The notes under the pieces are model-generated. The model had not been told where the DNA came from and ran no database searches. It saw only the letters and a program-made list of their open reading frames with translations. 64,000 bases of DNA from Octopus vulgaris (Eukaryota): contig OX597820.1 of the NCBI GenBank assembly GCA_951406725.2, forward strand, positions 49,848,001-49,912,000. Reading direction: 5' to 3'. A program made the translations under genes and the position numbers. Shown here piece by piece: positions 38,649 to 53,326 of this stretch (positions are counted from its first letter, which is position 1; the number at the start of each line of letters is the position of its first letter).

Positions 38649-38880
38649 GGCGACGAGCTGGCAGAAACGTTAGCGCGACGGGCGAAATAGCTAGTAGTAT
38701 TTCGTCTGCTGCTACGTTCTGAGTTCAAATTTCGCCGAGGTCGACTTTGCCTTTCATCCTTTCGGGGTCAATAAATTAAGTACCAGTTACGCACTGGGTT
38801 CGATGTAATCGATTTAATCTCTTTGTCTGTCCTTGTTTGCCCCCTCTATGTTTAGCCTCTCGTGGGCAATAAAAAAATAA
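38649..38880 (+). mobile_element. SINE family C
   Basis: ggcgacgagctggcagaaacgttagc...gagttcaaatttcgccgaggtcgac. Confidence 0.85.
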
Positions 38881-40329
38881 GACACACACTGCATATAAAC
38901 ACACTCACACACACATACGCATACAGACACCCGCACAAGCGCGTACGTGTGTGCTCACAAATACACACAAACAAACGCACACATACGTATTACTTTTGAA
39001 GTCGAAATCACCACAAAATTACTTTAGGGACTCGAGTTTCGTGTATGACATTTGTGTATCTCCTCTCCATCTTCCTCTTTATGTGTACGCGCGTTTGTGT
39101 ATAAGAGAGAGAGAGTGAGAGAGGCGGGTAGAAAGACAGATTGTGTGTTTACGCGCGTGTGAATGTATGCGTATGTGTGTGCGTATGTAAAGAGTGAAGT
39201 GGTTTTCTTTCAAACATATATTAAAGATATGATTGCGTTCAAGTTTAATCTATTTTACTAAGGATTTTTCATATTTCCTTTTTACTCCTCTATGTTTAGC
39301 TCGAAATATTATAAATTTGCTCGTTGAAGCAGCAAAAAAACCCAGAATATACATCAGTATTTCGGCAAAAGCCGATCGAACATCAAATAGACATAGCGAC
39401 GCAGAACAGAATGAAATATTATCAACGGAAATCCCCCTATTGAAAACAGGATATCGAAAAATCAGTAACAAACGCTTACTTAGTAATATCTTCCCAGGTA
39501 TCGATGATCTGTGGATTCTGCTTTGAAGTCGAATAAGCAATAACACTATATACGAGCTCAGTAGGCTTTCTAACGAGTAAAAGCATTACTGCCCACTCAT
39601 GGACACAGATTCAGTAACGTCTCACAGCACAATCTCAGACCTGTTCGAATTACATCACACAATTTCGACATATTTTCACCTCAAAGTAAAATATATCTAA
39701 AATATGAAGAAGTTCGAACTTGAATTAATCTTCTCAATCTCTTGAGGATCTTTCTGATAAAAGGAGTTTAAAAACTTTAATGGCAAACAACGAAATATAT
39801 TCAAATATGAATTCAAAAACATCGATATTAACACAACAAAAGCAAACTTAACAAGTTACTGGTGTGTATAATATTTATAATGTTTATACAAGCGTGAAAC
39901 AGCATGAGCTGTAACATTTTGTTTCAGTCAACATATCAGAGACTTGTATGTTGAAAACACAGGGTTTCGCTCAGAACATCGGTGCATCGCCAGACACGGT
40001 GATTCAACCTGATTTGGCTTTCTCACTGACGGCTACCCTGGACTGTGTGACCTAATCAAAAATACTTGTTCCGATATAGAAATTGATAAACTAAATGTTT
40101 ACTGGTTTGTGCAAAAGCTAGCCTTGTTTAAATTAAGTTGATATACATACTTGAAGCAATCCTAGATAAAAATTCTAGGGTATATAACATTCATAATGTG
40201 CATACAAACGTAGTATTTTAATATAAGACTGTTTCAAGTGCGTATGTCAATGTACTGAAGCTAACACTGCAGGATTTGTAAAATAATGAGAATGTACGAG
40301 CAGCTTGAAAGGGATAAGAGCAACCCGTG

Positions 40330-40820
40330 TGGAGGCGCAATGGCCCAGTGATTAGGGCAGCGGACTCGCGGTCGTAAGAACGCGGTTTCGATTCCCAGAC
40401 CGGGCATTATGTGTGTTTATTGAGCAAAATCCCCGCTGTACTCTTTCACCACAACTTTCTCTCACTCTTTTCCTACTTCTGCCACAAAGCAGAGGAACTA
40501 TGGTGTAACCCACTATGGTGCGGTAAACGTTCAGACCCTAGTCTAGATTGCGAATTCTCTGTACCCCAGGATGTTTCAGCTCTCCACCCGTTAAAAACCA
40601 CCGTTTACGGAATGAGGATAACAACGTAGCTTTCGCGCCCGTGTAACCGCCAGTCTATCGTGTGTGGTGGGTGGATCATTATGTTGCCACACGCATTCTT
40701 TGTAGCTGAGAGTAGGCAGGAATTAGAGATTATTCTTTGTGGCTAATGGCGTGAGTCCTGATTGGAAGAAGAAGAAGAAGAAGAAGAAGAAGAAGAAGAA
40801 GAAGAAGAAGAAGAAGAAGA
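40330..40820 (+). mobile_element. tRNA-headed SINE fragment joined to an unrelated segment ending in (GAA)n
   Basis: tggaggcgcaatggcccagtga..ggtttcgattccc head similar to family A. (GAA)n at 40765-40820. Confidence 0.55.
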
Positions 40821-40969
40821 ACCAGTTAGTCATTACATACAAGAACGAATGCATAACAAAAGAAAACAATATATAATGTGATAAGAAGAAGAACATTGAA
40901 ATTAGGGAGGAGATCGCTACCCAACTAATTAGTAGCCTCAACAAATCAGTAATTATCGTGAAAGATTAT

Positions 40970-41300
40970 ATAGGATCTATACCTCACTAGTTCTAAGAAA
41001 GGTTTAACATTTATTGATATGTTAAGTCACATAATCAAAATTTTCTTTTAACTATAATATTCGAAATCAGTGTAACCATGATGAAGTCGTCCAATGACTA
41101 GACAATACCGTAAAGAAATATGTTCCGATCAAATTTAGCAGAGGATCATCAAATAGATTCTTAGAAATTTTCTATTGGCCAAATTTTCTCTATAAATGTA
41201 GAATGTCAATTTACCAAAGTTGCATTAATAGAAACGATAGACAATGAGTATACATAAAATGTATCTATGAAATGTGTTAAAAAGAAAATCATCCTTGAAA
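40970..41300 (+). pseudogene. Highly decayed Penelope-like RT fragment
   Basis: SINVECQFTKVALIETID resembles SFDVESLFTNVPxxETI, preceded by weak IYP..S..G.FY...K.H similarity. Confidence 0.45.
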
Positions 41301-41745
41301 TGATTTATTGTTCTGCATAACCAAGGCTCCTTTTTGTTGTGCGCAGAGAAAAATGCAGTCATTTTTCTTAAGTGGGGCTAATATTTTTGGTGTTTCGTAG
41401 AAAATGTTTTCCTTAAAATTAGCCACATTATCTTTAGCAGGTAAGTCGATGTCATTGAAGAACAGGTGATAAAAGAGTATTCTAGCTGAAATTGCGAGTA
41501 CACAGTTCTGTCTATCTGTATGTGTGAGTGAGTAAATATGTATTTGAATGTGTGTGTGAGTGTGTATGTATGTGTGTGTGTCTTTGTGTGCACGTGCGTG
41601 TTTGTGCTACAGATCACGAAAAGGATAAAAAGGAAAGTGGAAATAGGTGTCGTTTGAACACAGATCACTAAGACTTGGAACGAATACTATCTCATTCCAA
41701 TGATACTGTTAATTTGATGCTTACACTTATCAATCTATCTATTTT

Positions 41746-41788
<43 letters not shown>

Positions 41789-41959
41789 TTATGTATATGA
41801 ATAAGCATATATACTGAAGGTGCATACAGAGGTTATCACTCAAAATGTAGTCTTGAACGAACTAGCTAGACTCGGATATGATCTTATATTTTATAACGTT
41901 AAAATTTTAAAATGACTAGTTACAAACCTTAATCGTGTCAAAGTAGATGTTAACTTACG

Positions 41960-42170
41960 TCTACAAACTCCCTAGTTTTAAACTTGAACCCCAGTCTAAT
42001 AAAGGAATAATTTATATAATTAAACACTCAAACCACTCCTTAAGCATTTTCAGAAATATAGTTTCCAATATAGGTAATTTAACATCCTCTTTTCCCTTAT
42101 GTGAAACGGTCTTCAACATAGATTCACCTTGCTACAACGATGCCCATTATGACTACAGCTTTATACTTCT
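41960..42170 (+). pseudogene. Penelope-like element fragment (post-RT region)
   Basis: YIIKHSNHSLSIFRNIVSNI..VFNIDSPCYNDA resembles the PLE consensus YIxxxSNHPxxIxxxI..FNxxxxxYNxAL. Confidence 0.6.
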
Positions 42171-42436
42171 AGGTAAAAACAAAATGCTTATGCAAACAGG
42201 AACAACTGCTGGCATCACCATAATAAATATGCTTTAACGGTTTTTGTGAACCAGCAACATTTTCCTATGATCAACTTTAGGAGAAAATATTTGTTCATCC
42301 AATCAGATTGCTATTTCAGAAGTTTCCTCTGGAATTGTTGTGCTGTATTCGCAGGTGACAGAACTGTTCATTATACTTTAAAGGTGCCGCTGGATCTAGC
42401 ATATATTGAAGGCCTTGTGAACAATATTGCTTCTAG

Positions 42437-42641
42437 GTTTTGGTACAAGGCCAACAATTTCAGGGTGAGGAGTAGGTCGATTAGATCGATTCCAGTGCTC
42501 AACAGTTAATCATTTTTATTGCCCCCGAAAAAATGTAAGGCAAACATGACCTCGGCAGCATTTGAACTCAGAATGTAGAGACGTGCGAAATGCCAGTAAG
42601 CATTTTATCCGTGTTAACGATTCTTCTAGCTCGCCGCCTTG
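42437..42641 (-). mobile_element. SINE family C
   Basis: gacctcggcagcatttgaactcagaa...agctcgccgcc. Confidence 0.75.
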
Positions 42642-43019
42642 GTCTTGTCTGCTAAATTGGAAAAGAATCTAATGATGTATGGGTTATGAAGCAAGGCAAA
42701 TTGAAAATGTCAAATGAGTGGACTATTTCTTACTAACTCGTTTAGAGGCCCACGATCGTACTTTACAAGATCTGAAACGTTTCCTAACCATTAACGTTGG
42801 AGTCAGTCATGTTCTCCTGTGAGTTCAGACTAAGTCTCCCAGTAATATGCTAATGACTTGAGCGCACGCTTCAAAGAAAAACTGTAGAGCTGAGACGACA
42901 AAAACCCTTCATCTCTCGATTCTCATGCGTGATACATCGTCTAATTAAGTTTCGGCAACTCAGTTTACAAAAGCTTTATTTTATTGTGCCAGCTAGCGCC
43001 TGTCATTGAGGGAGGAGAT

Positions 43020-43141
<122 letters not shown>

Positions 43142-43287
43142 ATAGGATTAAAAAATCCTGGCAGATATCAAGTAAGCACTCAGTATAAAGGAATAAGGTT
43201 AAATTTCCATTAAGTAGATACCAGCATATGTATGTAGAATACAAAAATTTTAAGAAATCCAGTGTTTTACCAACAATGAATAATATA

Positions 43288-43354
43288 CACGAAGAAAATC
43301 ATATCTTTATTTTAGATCACACCTTAAAAATCCGACAATTGTCTTAATTGCATT

Positions 43355-43439
<85 letters not shown>

Positions 43440-43512
43440 ATGTTAATGCAACTGAAATAATTGTTGGATTTTTAAGGTATGATTTAAAATAAAGATACTA
43501 TTTTCTTCGTAC
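43288..43512. repeat. Imperfect inverted repeat (about 72-bp arms) enclosing (TA)n(TG)n
   Basis: acgaagaaaat..atctttatttta..accttaaaaatcc..ttgcattaacata versus tatgttaatgcaa..ggatttttaaggt..taaaataaagat..attttcttcgt. Confidence 0.8.
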
Positions 43513-43543
43513 GTATTGATTGTTATATATATCTATCTATCTA

Positions 43544-43588
<45 letters not shown>

Positions 43589-43619
43589 CTGTAAAAGTAA
43601 TATGTGACAATTATTCAGT

Positions 43620-43691
43620 AGCCATGATAAAATTCCGAGTTTCGGATACCGAGGTGGAAATACACGCTGCTATCTCTTCAGTTATACGGCC
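43620..43691 (-). ncRNA. Hammerhead-like motif, homologue of 35413
   Basis: Minus strand: UAA CUGAAGA GAUA..UAUC c GAAACUCGGAAUU UUAUCAUGGCU. Confidence 0.55.
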
Positions 43692-44085
43692 ACCGGGAAA
43701 ATGCTTTGAAAAATATTACTTTTACAGATAAATTCCTCTATTTACATAATATCGAGGTCTCTTTCTTTCTTTTGTTATCTTACCATTTTTATCAATATAT
43801 ACATATATATATATATAAATTGTGGAACAACCATCAACACACTTATTGCTGTTGTAATGAAATTTTATCCCTAGCAATTATAGAAACCATGAGTGGCTTT
43901 CAGAAGGTGCAATGATGGCTTTTAAAAATAACGTTGTGCACGATATTAATGCCGCCATCATTCAAGAGCTATCAGCCCAGTCCAGATGGTACAAGTCAGC
44001 TAACACCGTAGCTGACTTTAGTAATGCTCCCAATTATCCATTAAGTTTCGAACGTGTGTACATGCATGTACGTAAGTGTATATAG

Positions 44086-44120
<35 letters not shown>

Positions 44121-45428
44121 CATGTATATGTGTGTATGGCTTGTGTGCTGCCTACGTGCGCGCATTCGCGTCGTATTTTTAGCCAAACAAAAATGCGCGT
44201 TTACCGTTATTATATTCAGTTTAACGGCTCACTTTGTCTTGTGATCTCAGTTCTTGTATATATTAGTCATTTGCTTAATCTTGAATTTCATTAAAACATC
44301 AATTATTGATTCATTTGCATGTTATGTGAACACTTAGCTACATTAAGCATAGCATATATTTTCGTGTGAATTTCGAAATGAATGGGTCGTGTTAATAATC
44401 GTTTTCTAAATGCGTTCTGGAATATTCTTTCCTTATTTTCCATCCACCTTCTTATCACCCGCAGTCTCTTAATTACAGATTTGTCATCAAATTTTGTGGT
44501 ATTTTAAAATAGTTAATGTATCATGTCTTCAGCGCTGCTATAAGAGGCAGGCTATATCATATCACTGTTACGAAATCACATGCTGTCCTCTGTCCACTAT
44601 CACAAAGACCGATGTGCTATATTGGGTACAGCAAATGTATTCATGTATGCAATAATGTTTTCAATGATCTTATAAAATTATAATTTGTTTCTTCTTCACT
44701 AAGTTATTTTTATAGTTATATTTTTATTGTTAAAAACTTTAATATTTTATTTCAGCAACGTGTATTCTCTCACTTTCGATTTCTTCTACTTTGTTATTTG
44801 GCAGAAACGGAAACGCAATTTATTCTTACTCAATAATTTTTTTCAAATGCAAGTCATGATCGAGAATTAAAAACATTTATGTTCCACTTCTATCCACCTT
44901 TAAGCAAGTTTACTGGAGAGAGGTATTTCTTTCCCCAACCGCACTGCCTCCCTCAGATTATCCTAGGAAAGCATATGAACGTTTAACCGAAGAATTAAAG
45001 TCCTTCCCGCTTGATATTGTCCACTAACCCTGCTTCTTCATAGTTACAAAACAAATAAGGCTTTCTGCATTTAATTTAGATTACATCTATTGACGTAGAA
45101 ACTAAGGAATGCAATTCTAAAATATGGAGAAACGTGTGTATGAAGTGTTACAGTATTGACAAATAATATTTTTATGTATTTAACTCTTCAATTAACAATA
45201 TATATACTGTGTTAATATATCTACTGTGTTTCATTTATGTAAGTTATACTTTATCTGATTGATTAATTCATAAATATTCGTAAGTCTATGTTTGACTAAT
45301 TTTTGTTGCTAATATTTTTCTGCCTCACATCATCATTTATTTTCCTCTCTTTAAGGTTTCTTTTATGCATATTTTATAAATCTATTCTCATTTCAGCTCT
45401 TGTAGTTAATTCTTCAATTTAATCTTTG

Positions 45429-45819
45429 TACTCTTTACTCTTTTACTCTTTTACTTGTTCCAGTCATTTGACTGCGGCCATGCTGGAGCACCGCCCTTAG
45501 TCGATCAAATCGACTCCAGGATTTACTCATTGTAAGCCTAGTACTTATTCTATCGGTCCCTCCTGCCGAACCGCTAAGTTACGGAGAAGTAAACACACCA
45601 GCATCAGCTGTCAAGCGATGCTGGTGGGACAAACACAAACACACACACATATATATACATATATACGACGGGCTTCTTTCAGTTTCCGTCTAACAAATCC
45701 ATTCACAAGGCCCGAGGTTATAGTAGAAGACACTGGCCCAAGGTGCCCTGCAGTGGGACTGAACGCGAAACCATGTGGTTGGTAAGCAAGCTACTACCAC
45801 ACAACCACTCCTACGCCTG
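45429..45819 (-). mobile_element. tRNA-derived SINE (family B)
   Basis: Homologous to 16465-16898. Confidence 0.85.
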
Positions 45820-48800
45820 ACAGCAATAGTTTCTTGTTTTGGTCAACAGCAGCGTAAAACATGCAGTCGTTGGTATACAAAAGATGGTCGATTGTTCTAC
45901 CATGGCAGTTTGATTTGACTTATAAATTAAATGATTAGTCTCAGGCAGGAATGAATTAGAGAGTGTAGAAGGGAACAGTGAGGGACTCCTTGGAATATCC
46001 CATTTTTAGTGGTTATAGGCTTAGTTTATTTTTAATATCTCCCTTTTTGTCGGTATCTCCTGAATTCCTGCCATTTACTTATGACGTATTTTGTGTATCT
46101 GCGTACTGTTTTTAGTTCCCTTACACATGAAAAATGTTTATAAGACCCAGGTGGTGAGAAAAACTGTCAAAATCTTAGTGGTAACGCATCCTTGTCATGA
46201 ACAAACATTACTTTATCCTTGCCGTTTCAATTATTAGTTTCTTACACAGTAATTGATATTTTCACCCACATGTTTCTTCTGGGTTTAACGATATTATATT
46301 CTCGTTACTAGGCTTCTACTCCAGTACTATAAATGAATTCTCCCGCTTCATTCTCTAAACGTCATACCAATGTCTTTGATAAATATTCTGACCATTGGGA
46401 CTAAAAATTAACGTAGGTTCTTAGTTTTAGCATTGGGCATTAAATAATCCATAAATAAATGATTAGCTTTTCTTTTCATATTTTTCCAGTGAGTATCATT
46501 CCTTAGCATTTTTTAGACAAATGGATCAGTGAAAATACGTACCAGATAGGGAAAATATTGTTCCCTTCAAAGATTCCTTTTCTAATCTAGACCTCTCTTA
46601 ATCTTTTCCCTACTCGTGTTTAATCTACTATCCAGGCACTTAATCACTCCGCGATCTTGAAGTGTCCCATATTTCGCTGGATCCACAAATCTGTGACTAG
46701 GTTGTGTGCTTTTCGATAATCGATATACTCAATGCATGGATGTGTCGACTATTTTCCCTAATTTCTAAAGATCGCTTTGTCGAACGTTAATTCTTCTTTC
46801 CTTATCGCTGTCGTCGTCGTCGTCATCGTCGTCATCATCATCATCATCATCATCATTTCTATTATGATTGCGCAAGGTGTAGTGGATAGAGTGTTGCGTT
46901 TACGATCAAGAGATCATGGTTTTATTTCCTAGACCGGGTTGTGCAATGTGTTCTTGAGGAAAATACTTCGTCTCACGTTGCTCTGTTTTCACTTCGACAC
47001 CTGACATGTGGCACACCGTGCACCTGCCGAGTGAATGTCGATTTGAAGGAGGGAGGGAGCTAATCTGCGGTACGAACATTTGATGACTATAAACAAATCA
47101 TTTATACAGTTCAGTCCGTAAAAGCTGAACATTCATACGTCATCATCGACGGGAGAGTCCATTATTATTATTATTGACCTTAGCGCTCAAATGGTACTAT
47201 TTTGGTAGATATTAAGGATGAAAAGTACAGTCAATATCGGCAGAACTTCAGCTCGAAACATAAAGAGCAGAATAAATGTTGTTCATAATTTTGTCCAATG
47301 CAGTAATGACCCTGTTCTTCTTCATATTCTGAGTTCAAATTCCGCGTAGGATGACTTTACCGTTCATCCTTTCAAGGTCGATAAAATAAGTAACAGCTGA
47401 GTACTGGGGCTCGATGTATCCGACTATCCCCCTCCCCCAAATTTCAGACCGTGTGCTTTTAGTGGAAAAAATTATTATTGTTGCTGTTGTTATTAGTTTC
47501 ACGGCATTATATTTGACTTCAAATTTTCTGTCACAGCTGGGTAAGACATTCACTGGAATATCTTTTATTTTCTCTATGTCATCTCTCAGAAAATAGATTG
47601 TATGTGACATACCTTATAAGTTCCCTTGAATAACTCACTAAATGCCAAAGTAGTATATTTCAACACAATCAGTAGAACAAAATATTTTAAAGTTAGTGAC
47701 TGTTTCGAGTAAAATTTTAGTTCCGTGGTGAATTAAGTCAGTTCAACTATTTAATATTTATCAAGTACAGTTGAAAACGTAGTATGTAAAAGAAGGGGAT
47801 ACATAAAGGCAGGGCGCATGGCTTAGTAAGTAGGATATTCGGCTTAAAATCATTAGTTCGATTCCTGACGCTGCATTGCTTCCTTGATTCAGGCACTTTA
47901 TTTCATGTCCACCCAGCTCGCAAAAATGTGTATTATCTATAATTCAAAGGACAACCTTGTCAGATAACTTTCACGAGCAGGCTTTTCCGTTTACTGGATC
48001 AATAAGACTCATAATCGTAATCGATATGTGTATGTATGTGGGCATGTATGTATGCATGCATGCATGCCATAACTCAAAGTGACTAGTAGCTTGAATTTTG
48101 CCGAGTTTAACTGACGTTTTCATACCCTCCAATACTTCCCTACTCGTCAATCCACCCTTAAACCCAGTGTACTAACTCTTCTCTGTCTTACAGAAATCGT
48201 ACCCACTTTGAACTGCGCCACATCTGTTCGAGAGGTACATCTCTTTGTATCTGGAGTCACTATGGGAACGAGAAAGCGTCTTAACTTATTCATCACCCCC
48301 ATCGAGACCAATATTTTTTCGCAGTTCAATGAACAACCCCAGAGCTATGCGATCACTACATAAATGGCTGTACCAGCTCGAACTCTGTAACCTGCGAACA
48401 ACTGAATAACTTAATCTCATTCTTAAAGCCATTCCATCCTACTTTTCAATTCAGGTCCGTCATTTCTGAAACCTTCATTAACTTCTTAGGTATCTATATC
48501 TTCAATAACCGACTCGACTACACTCTCTTCACTGCCGTCTTCTTTAAATCCACTGTCACCCAGTTCTTTCTAGATATTTTTTCTTTCTCACACGCCTCTC
48601 ACAGCAACTCTTATTCCCTTACGCCATCTGAACAGCGGCGGCTATGATTTTCAGACAGTCTCATTACTTGACCATTCTTTTCATTCAATGGAGATGCCAA
48701 GACATCCAAACTCGGGCCTGCCAAAATTGACCGCCTTCGACTCTATCCTTTCGTAACGATTCCTCACCAAATAACATCCGTTTACCCTCCGTTTCCACCT

Positions 48801-49204
48801 CTCTAATTCGCGCCTCAGCTGTAAGAACCTACGTACTCTTTAACCCCTTTAGGCCGCTGCTGTCAACGTCCAATCTTTATCCAGCCCGCCAATCCCCTCT
48901 TCCAAATTGCCCGTATCTACGCGACGTACTACTCTGTATTTCCTTTCCTACCTCACAAAATAATAGATTCAAACTTTGGCAGAAAACAAACAATTTTAGA
49001 GGAGGATGATACTCAATCACATCGACCTCAGCGCTCAAATTGTACTATTTTGGTAGATATAAAGGGTGAAAAGTAGAGACAATATTTGCAGAACTTCAGC
49101 TCAAAACATAAAGAGCAGAGGAAATGTTGTTCATAATTTTGTCCAATGCAGTAATGATCCTGTTATCACGCCACCTTAGTGAATAAAAGAAATATGTAAA
49201 TAAT

Positions 49205-50148
49205 AACCTTTTCTACTTTAGGCACAAGACCTAAAATGTTTGGGGAGGAGGCAATCGATCAGATCGATCCCAGTACGCAACTGGTTACCGACCCCCGAAA
49301 GGATGAAAGGCAGAGTCGACCTCGGCGGAACTTGAACTCAGAACCTACAGACAGACGAAATACCTATTTCTTTACTACCCACAAGGGGTTAAACACAGAG
49401 AGGACAAACAAGGACAGACAAACGGATTAAGTCGATTGTATCGACCCCAGTGCATAACTGGTACTTATTTAATCGACCCCGAAAGGATGAAAGGCAGAGT
49501 CGACCTCGGCGGAACTTGAACTCAGAGCCTACAGACAGACGAAATACCTATTTCTTTACTACCCACAAGGGGTTAAACACAGAGAGGACAAACAAGGAGA
49601 GACAAACGGATTAAGTCGATTATATCGACCCCAGTGCGTAACTGGTACTTATTTACTCGACCCCGAAAGGATGAAAGGCAAAGTCGACCTCGGCGGAACT
49701 TCAACTCAGAACGTAGCGACAGACGAAATACCTGTTTCTTTATTACCCACAAGGGGCTAAACATAGAGGGAACAAACAAGGACAGACAAACGGATTAAAT
49801 CGATTATATCGACCTCAGTGCGTAACTGGTACTTATTTTATCGACCCCCAAAGGATGAAAGGCAAAGTCAACCTCGGCGGAATTTGAACTCAGAACGTAG
49901 CGGCAGACGAAATACCTGTTTCTTTATTACCCACAAGGGGCTAAACATAGAGGGAATAAACAAGGACAGACAAACGGATTAAGTCGATTACATCGACCCC
50001 AGTGCGTAACTGGTACTTACTTAATCGACCCCGAAAGGCTGAAAGGCAAAGTCGACCTCGGCGGAGCTTGAACTCAGAACGTAGCGGCAGACGAAATACT
50101 GCTACGCATTTCGCCCGACGTGCTAATGTTTCTGCCAGTTCGCCGCCT
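49205..50148 (-). repeat. Tandem array of five ~184-bp SINE family C units with a single head
   Basis: gtc[g/a]acctcggcgg at about 49315, 49499, 49683, 49867 and 50051. Head gccagttcgccgcc at about 50135-50147. Confidence 0.92.
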
Positions 50149-50669
50149 TGATATGTAAATAATAATACAGGGAAAGTTTCATAAGAGAAAATGCGACTCG
50201 ACATCTAAAAATATCTGATAACACCGATTAAAACGTGATAAGTCAAACTGGAAAGCCAAAAATGTTGAATGACAACTACGTAACAATTTTACAAAGTATT
50301 GATTGCTATCTCTTACAATGATTATGTCACAAATGTCTCCACTGTTCGATGACCAGACAACGCATTATAAACAATGTATCACAGTACAGTTCATATCACC
50401 ACCGGACGAATTCAGTCGAAAAATGAATTCATCGACATTACAAAATTCCTGAAATTTTAGATCCTTACTAAATCCGTCGATATGAAAAATGGCAAAGGTT
50501 GTTTCAACTAAGCAGTTTAACTTCAACACCAAAATAGATTTTCATTAGAATTAGGTAAAAGTAAAATAGAACAACATGAAGCAGAATAGCAGCAAAATCG
50601 GGAACATTTGAAGAAGGAGTATACGGACAATAATGGAAAAAACCACGACGGGAAGGTTCATAAAAATAG

Positions 50670-51215
50670 GGCGGCGAGCTGGCAGAAACGTTAGCACGCC
50701 GGGCGATATAATCGACTTAATCCGTTTGTCTGTCCTTGTTTGTCCCCTCTATGTTTAGCCCCTTGTGGGTAATAAAGAAATAGGTATTTCGTCTGCTACT
50801 ACGTTCTGAGTTCAAATTCCGCGAGGTCGACTTTGCCTTTCATCCTTTCGGGTCGATTAAATAAGTACCTATTTCTTTATTACCCACAAGGGGCTAAACA
50901 TAGAGGGGACAAACAAGGACAGACATAGGTATTAAGTCGATTACATCGACCCCAGTGCGTAACTGGTACTTAATTTATCGACCCCAAAAGGATGAAAGGC
51001 AAAGTCAACCTCGGCGGAATTTGAACTCACAATGTAACGACAAGCGAAATACCGTTAAGCATTTCGCCCGGCGTGCTAACGATTCTGCCAGCTCTCCGCC
51101 TTCATTAAATAAGTACCAGTTACGCACTGGGGTTGATATAATCGACTAGTCCGTGTGTCTGTCCTTGTTTGTCCTCTCTGTGTTTAGCCCCTTGTGGGTA
51201 GTAAAGAAATAGGTA
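50670..51215. mobile_element. Rearranged SINE family C cluster (+/-/+)
   Basis: Plus head and unit 50670-50866, inverted copy about 50866-51102, plus tail about 51105-51215. Confidence 0.8.
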
Positions 51216-52283
51216 TATTCATAAAAATGAACAACAGCTCTGAATAATAAATAACCCAGACATAACAAATAACATAAAATTAAATGGCAAGACATGGGGT
51301 GGTCCCAAACTTAAGGTGAACTATCTAAGGGAAACACAAAAAATATTTGCTGAGATGCTGACTTAAGACATTGAAAGCACCTAACCTGTTTATTGAAGAG
51401 AAAGCGTCTTCTCGAGACTTTAACGATCATAAAAATGGTTGACACATAAAACACCTTTTTACAACTTAGTTATGACATAATCGCTAAAAATAAATAGGGA
51501 TAAAGAATTTTATATGTTTGATGAAATCGAGGTTTATAAGAATTAATAATATGAGATTTCAACGATTATAATATAACATTTTACGTTAATATATGTAAAG
51601 TTTAACGGTTGGCAGTGCAGAAATATAATAATGATTGATGTGATAGTTACGTAAGCGAAAAAAAAAAGGGGAGACATATAGGTGGAGAGCAAGAAATGTT
51701 AAGGCGGAGAGAAGACTACGAAAGGGAAGAAAGAAATAGAAAAAAATTAAAGAAATAATAAAGAGAATGGAAATGAAAAGAAAGAAAAAAATATGAGAAG
51801 TTCAGTTGAAAGAGAATAGGAAAGACTTAGGATTAGATCTTATAGTTAAACGTTTGGTGACTAAAGCTAACTTGAAATTCTAGATGGTGAAAAATAAAAG
51901 ACATAAAAAATAAGAAAAGTAGATTATAAAAGAAAGCGTGAAGCATATAAACATGGAAGTATCGGATAGTAAAGAAAGCGAAAAACAAAAATAGAGAAAC
52001 CAATTTTTTTTCTGACAATTTTTTCTTTCCTTTTTGGCTTATCTTTGTATATTTATAAGAGTTACACTTTCATTTGTTCCTGCTTCTTCATTATTATACG
52101 TTATGCAGTTTACCATCAAGTAATATAGGTTGCTTTAAGTCGGCATACTCTATTTCTACCCTCCTGTCTTCTCTTCAATTTTCTCAGCTTATTTCTGTTG
52201 GCGTTAAAATTTCACCTGTTTCTTTTTTGTGCCACTTTCTTTACTCAACCTCCCTATCTACAGTCATGTCTATTTAAGCATAT

Positions 52284-52324
<41 letters not shown>

Positions 52325-52388
52325 CACACACAAATATAAATAAATAAATATATATATATATTAATAATTCTTTATCCTATATCTGTAA

Positions 52389-52439
<51 letters not shown>

Positions 52440-52619
52440 AGTAGACAAATGAATTATCTTATTACGGATAATTCGAAAGTAACCGATACCTGGGTAGCAA
52501 ACTCACAACAGATTATATACTTTATTTTAAAAGCTGCAAATCCTCACAGATATATCATAAAAAACTTCTAGTCAGAGTTTCACGTTCCCATTCGTGAACG
52601 TGAAAGAATGATCACAAGA

Positions 52620-52727
<108 letters not shown>

Positions 52728-52884
52728 CGCGCGTGTATGTATAATCTATACATACACGCGCTCGCACTCGCGCGCACGCACACACAGACACACAGATATA
52801 TATATATATATATATTATTATTTAACGTTGCCAGAAACTGGCAACTGAAAAGTGTCTGTGCCAAGTTTAATTGTTTGATTTAGT

Positions 52885-52975
52885 ATGGTTTCTACGGCTG
52901 GATGCCCTTCCTTACGCCAACCACATTACAGAGTATACTGGGTGCTCTTTTCGTGGCACCAGCACCTGTAAAGTC
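52885..52975 (-). mobile_element. SINE/RTE-related fragment
   Basis: tttctacggctggatgcccttccttacgccaacc is a motif I recall from RTE-associated repeats. Confidence 0.45.
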
Positions 52976-53326
52976 AGCTAGTAACTTGCAAAGCAAAAAA
53001 AAAATACCCCTAGACTGGGGTGGGATGCTGTTGAATTAAGGAGGGTAACTTTGTAGCAGTTGATGAGAAGGTGAAACGTATAAAAGAGGAAAAGAGGTAG
53101 GTGTGTTGCTGTGGAGAAGATACACTGATATTGCAGTTGGAAAAGAAAGGAGATAAAGATAGGTAGAGAGTGTGAGAGAGGGTGGTGCAGATGTGTTGGG
53201 ACATAACCTCAAATTATAGTAGAGTGTGAATATAAGCGAAGTGATAAAGAGGATCGGACTCTGTCGGTTGGCATATAACACATACATACATGTGTGTGTG
53301 TGTATTTCAACATATAAAGCCGTATG

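Noticed and set aside
45980-48950. Possible very old LINE remnants on the minus strand (about 46000-46760 and 48130-48900)
   Set aside because: Too decayed to assign by eye. A profile search would be needed.
49205-50148. Regular repeats suggestive of a CRISPR array
   Set aside because: The units are ~184-bp near-identical SINE bodies with no unique spacers. There are no cas genes and the context is eukaryotic.
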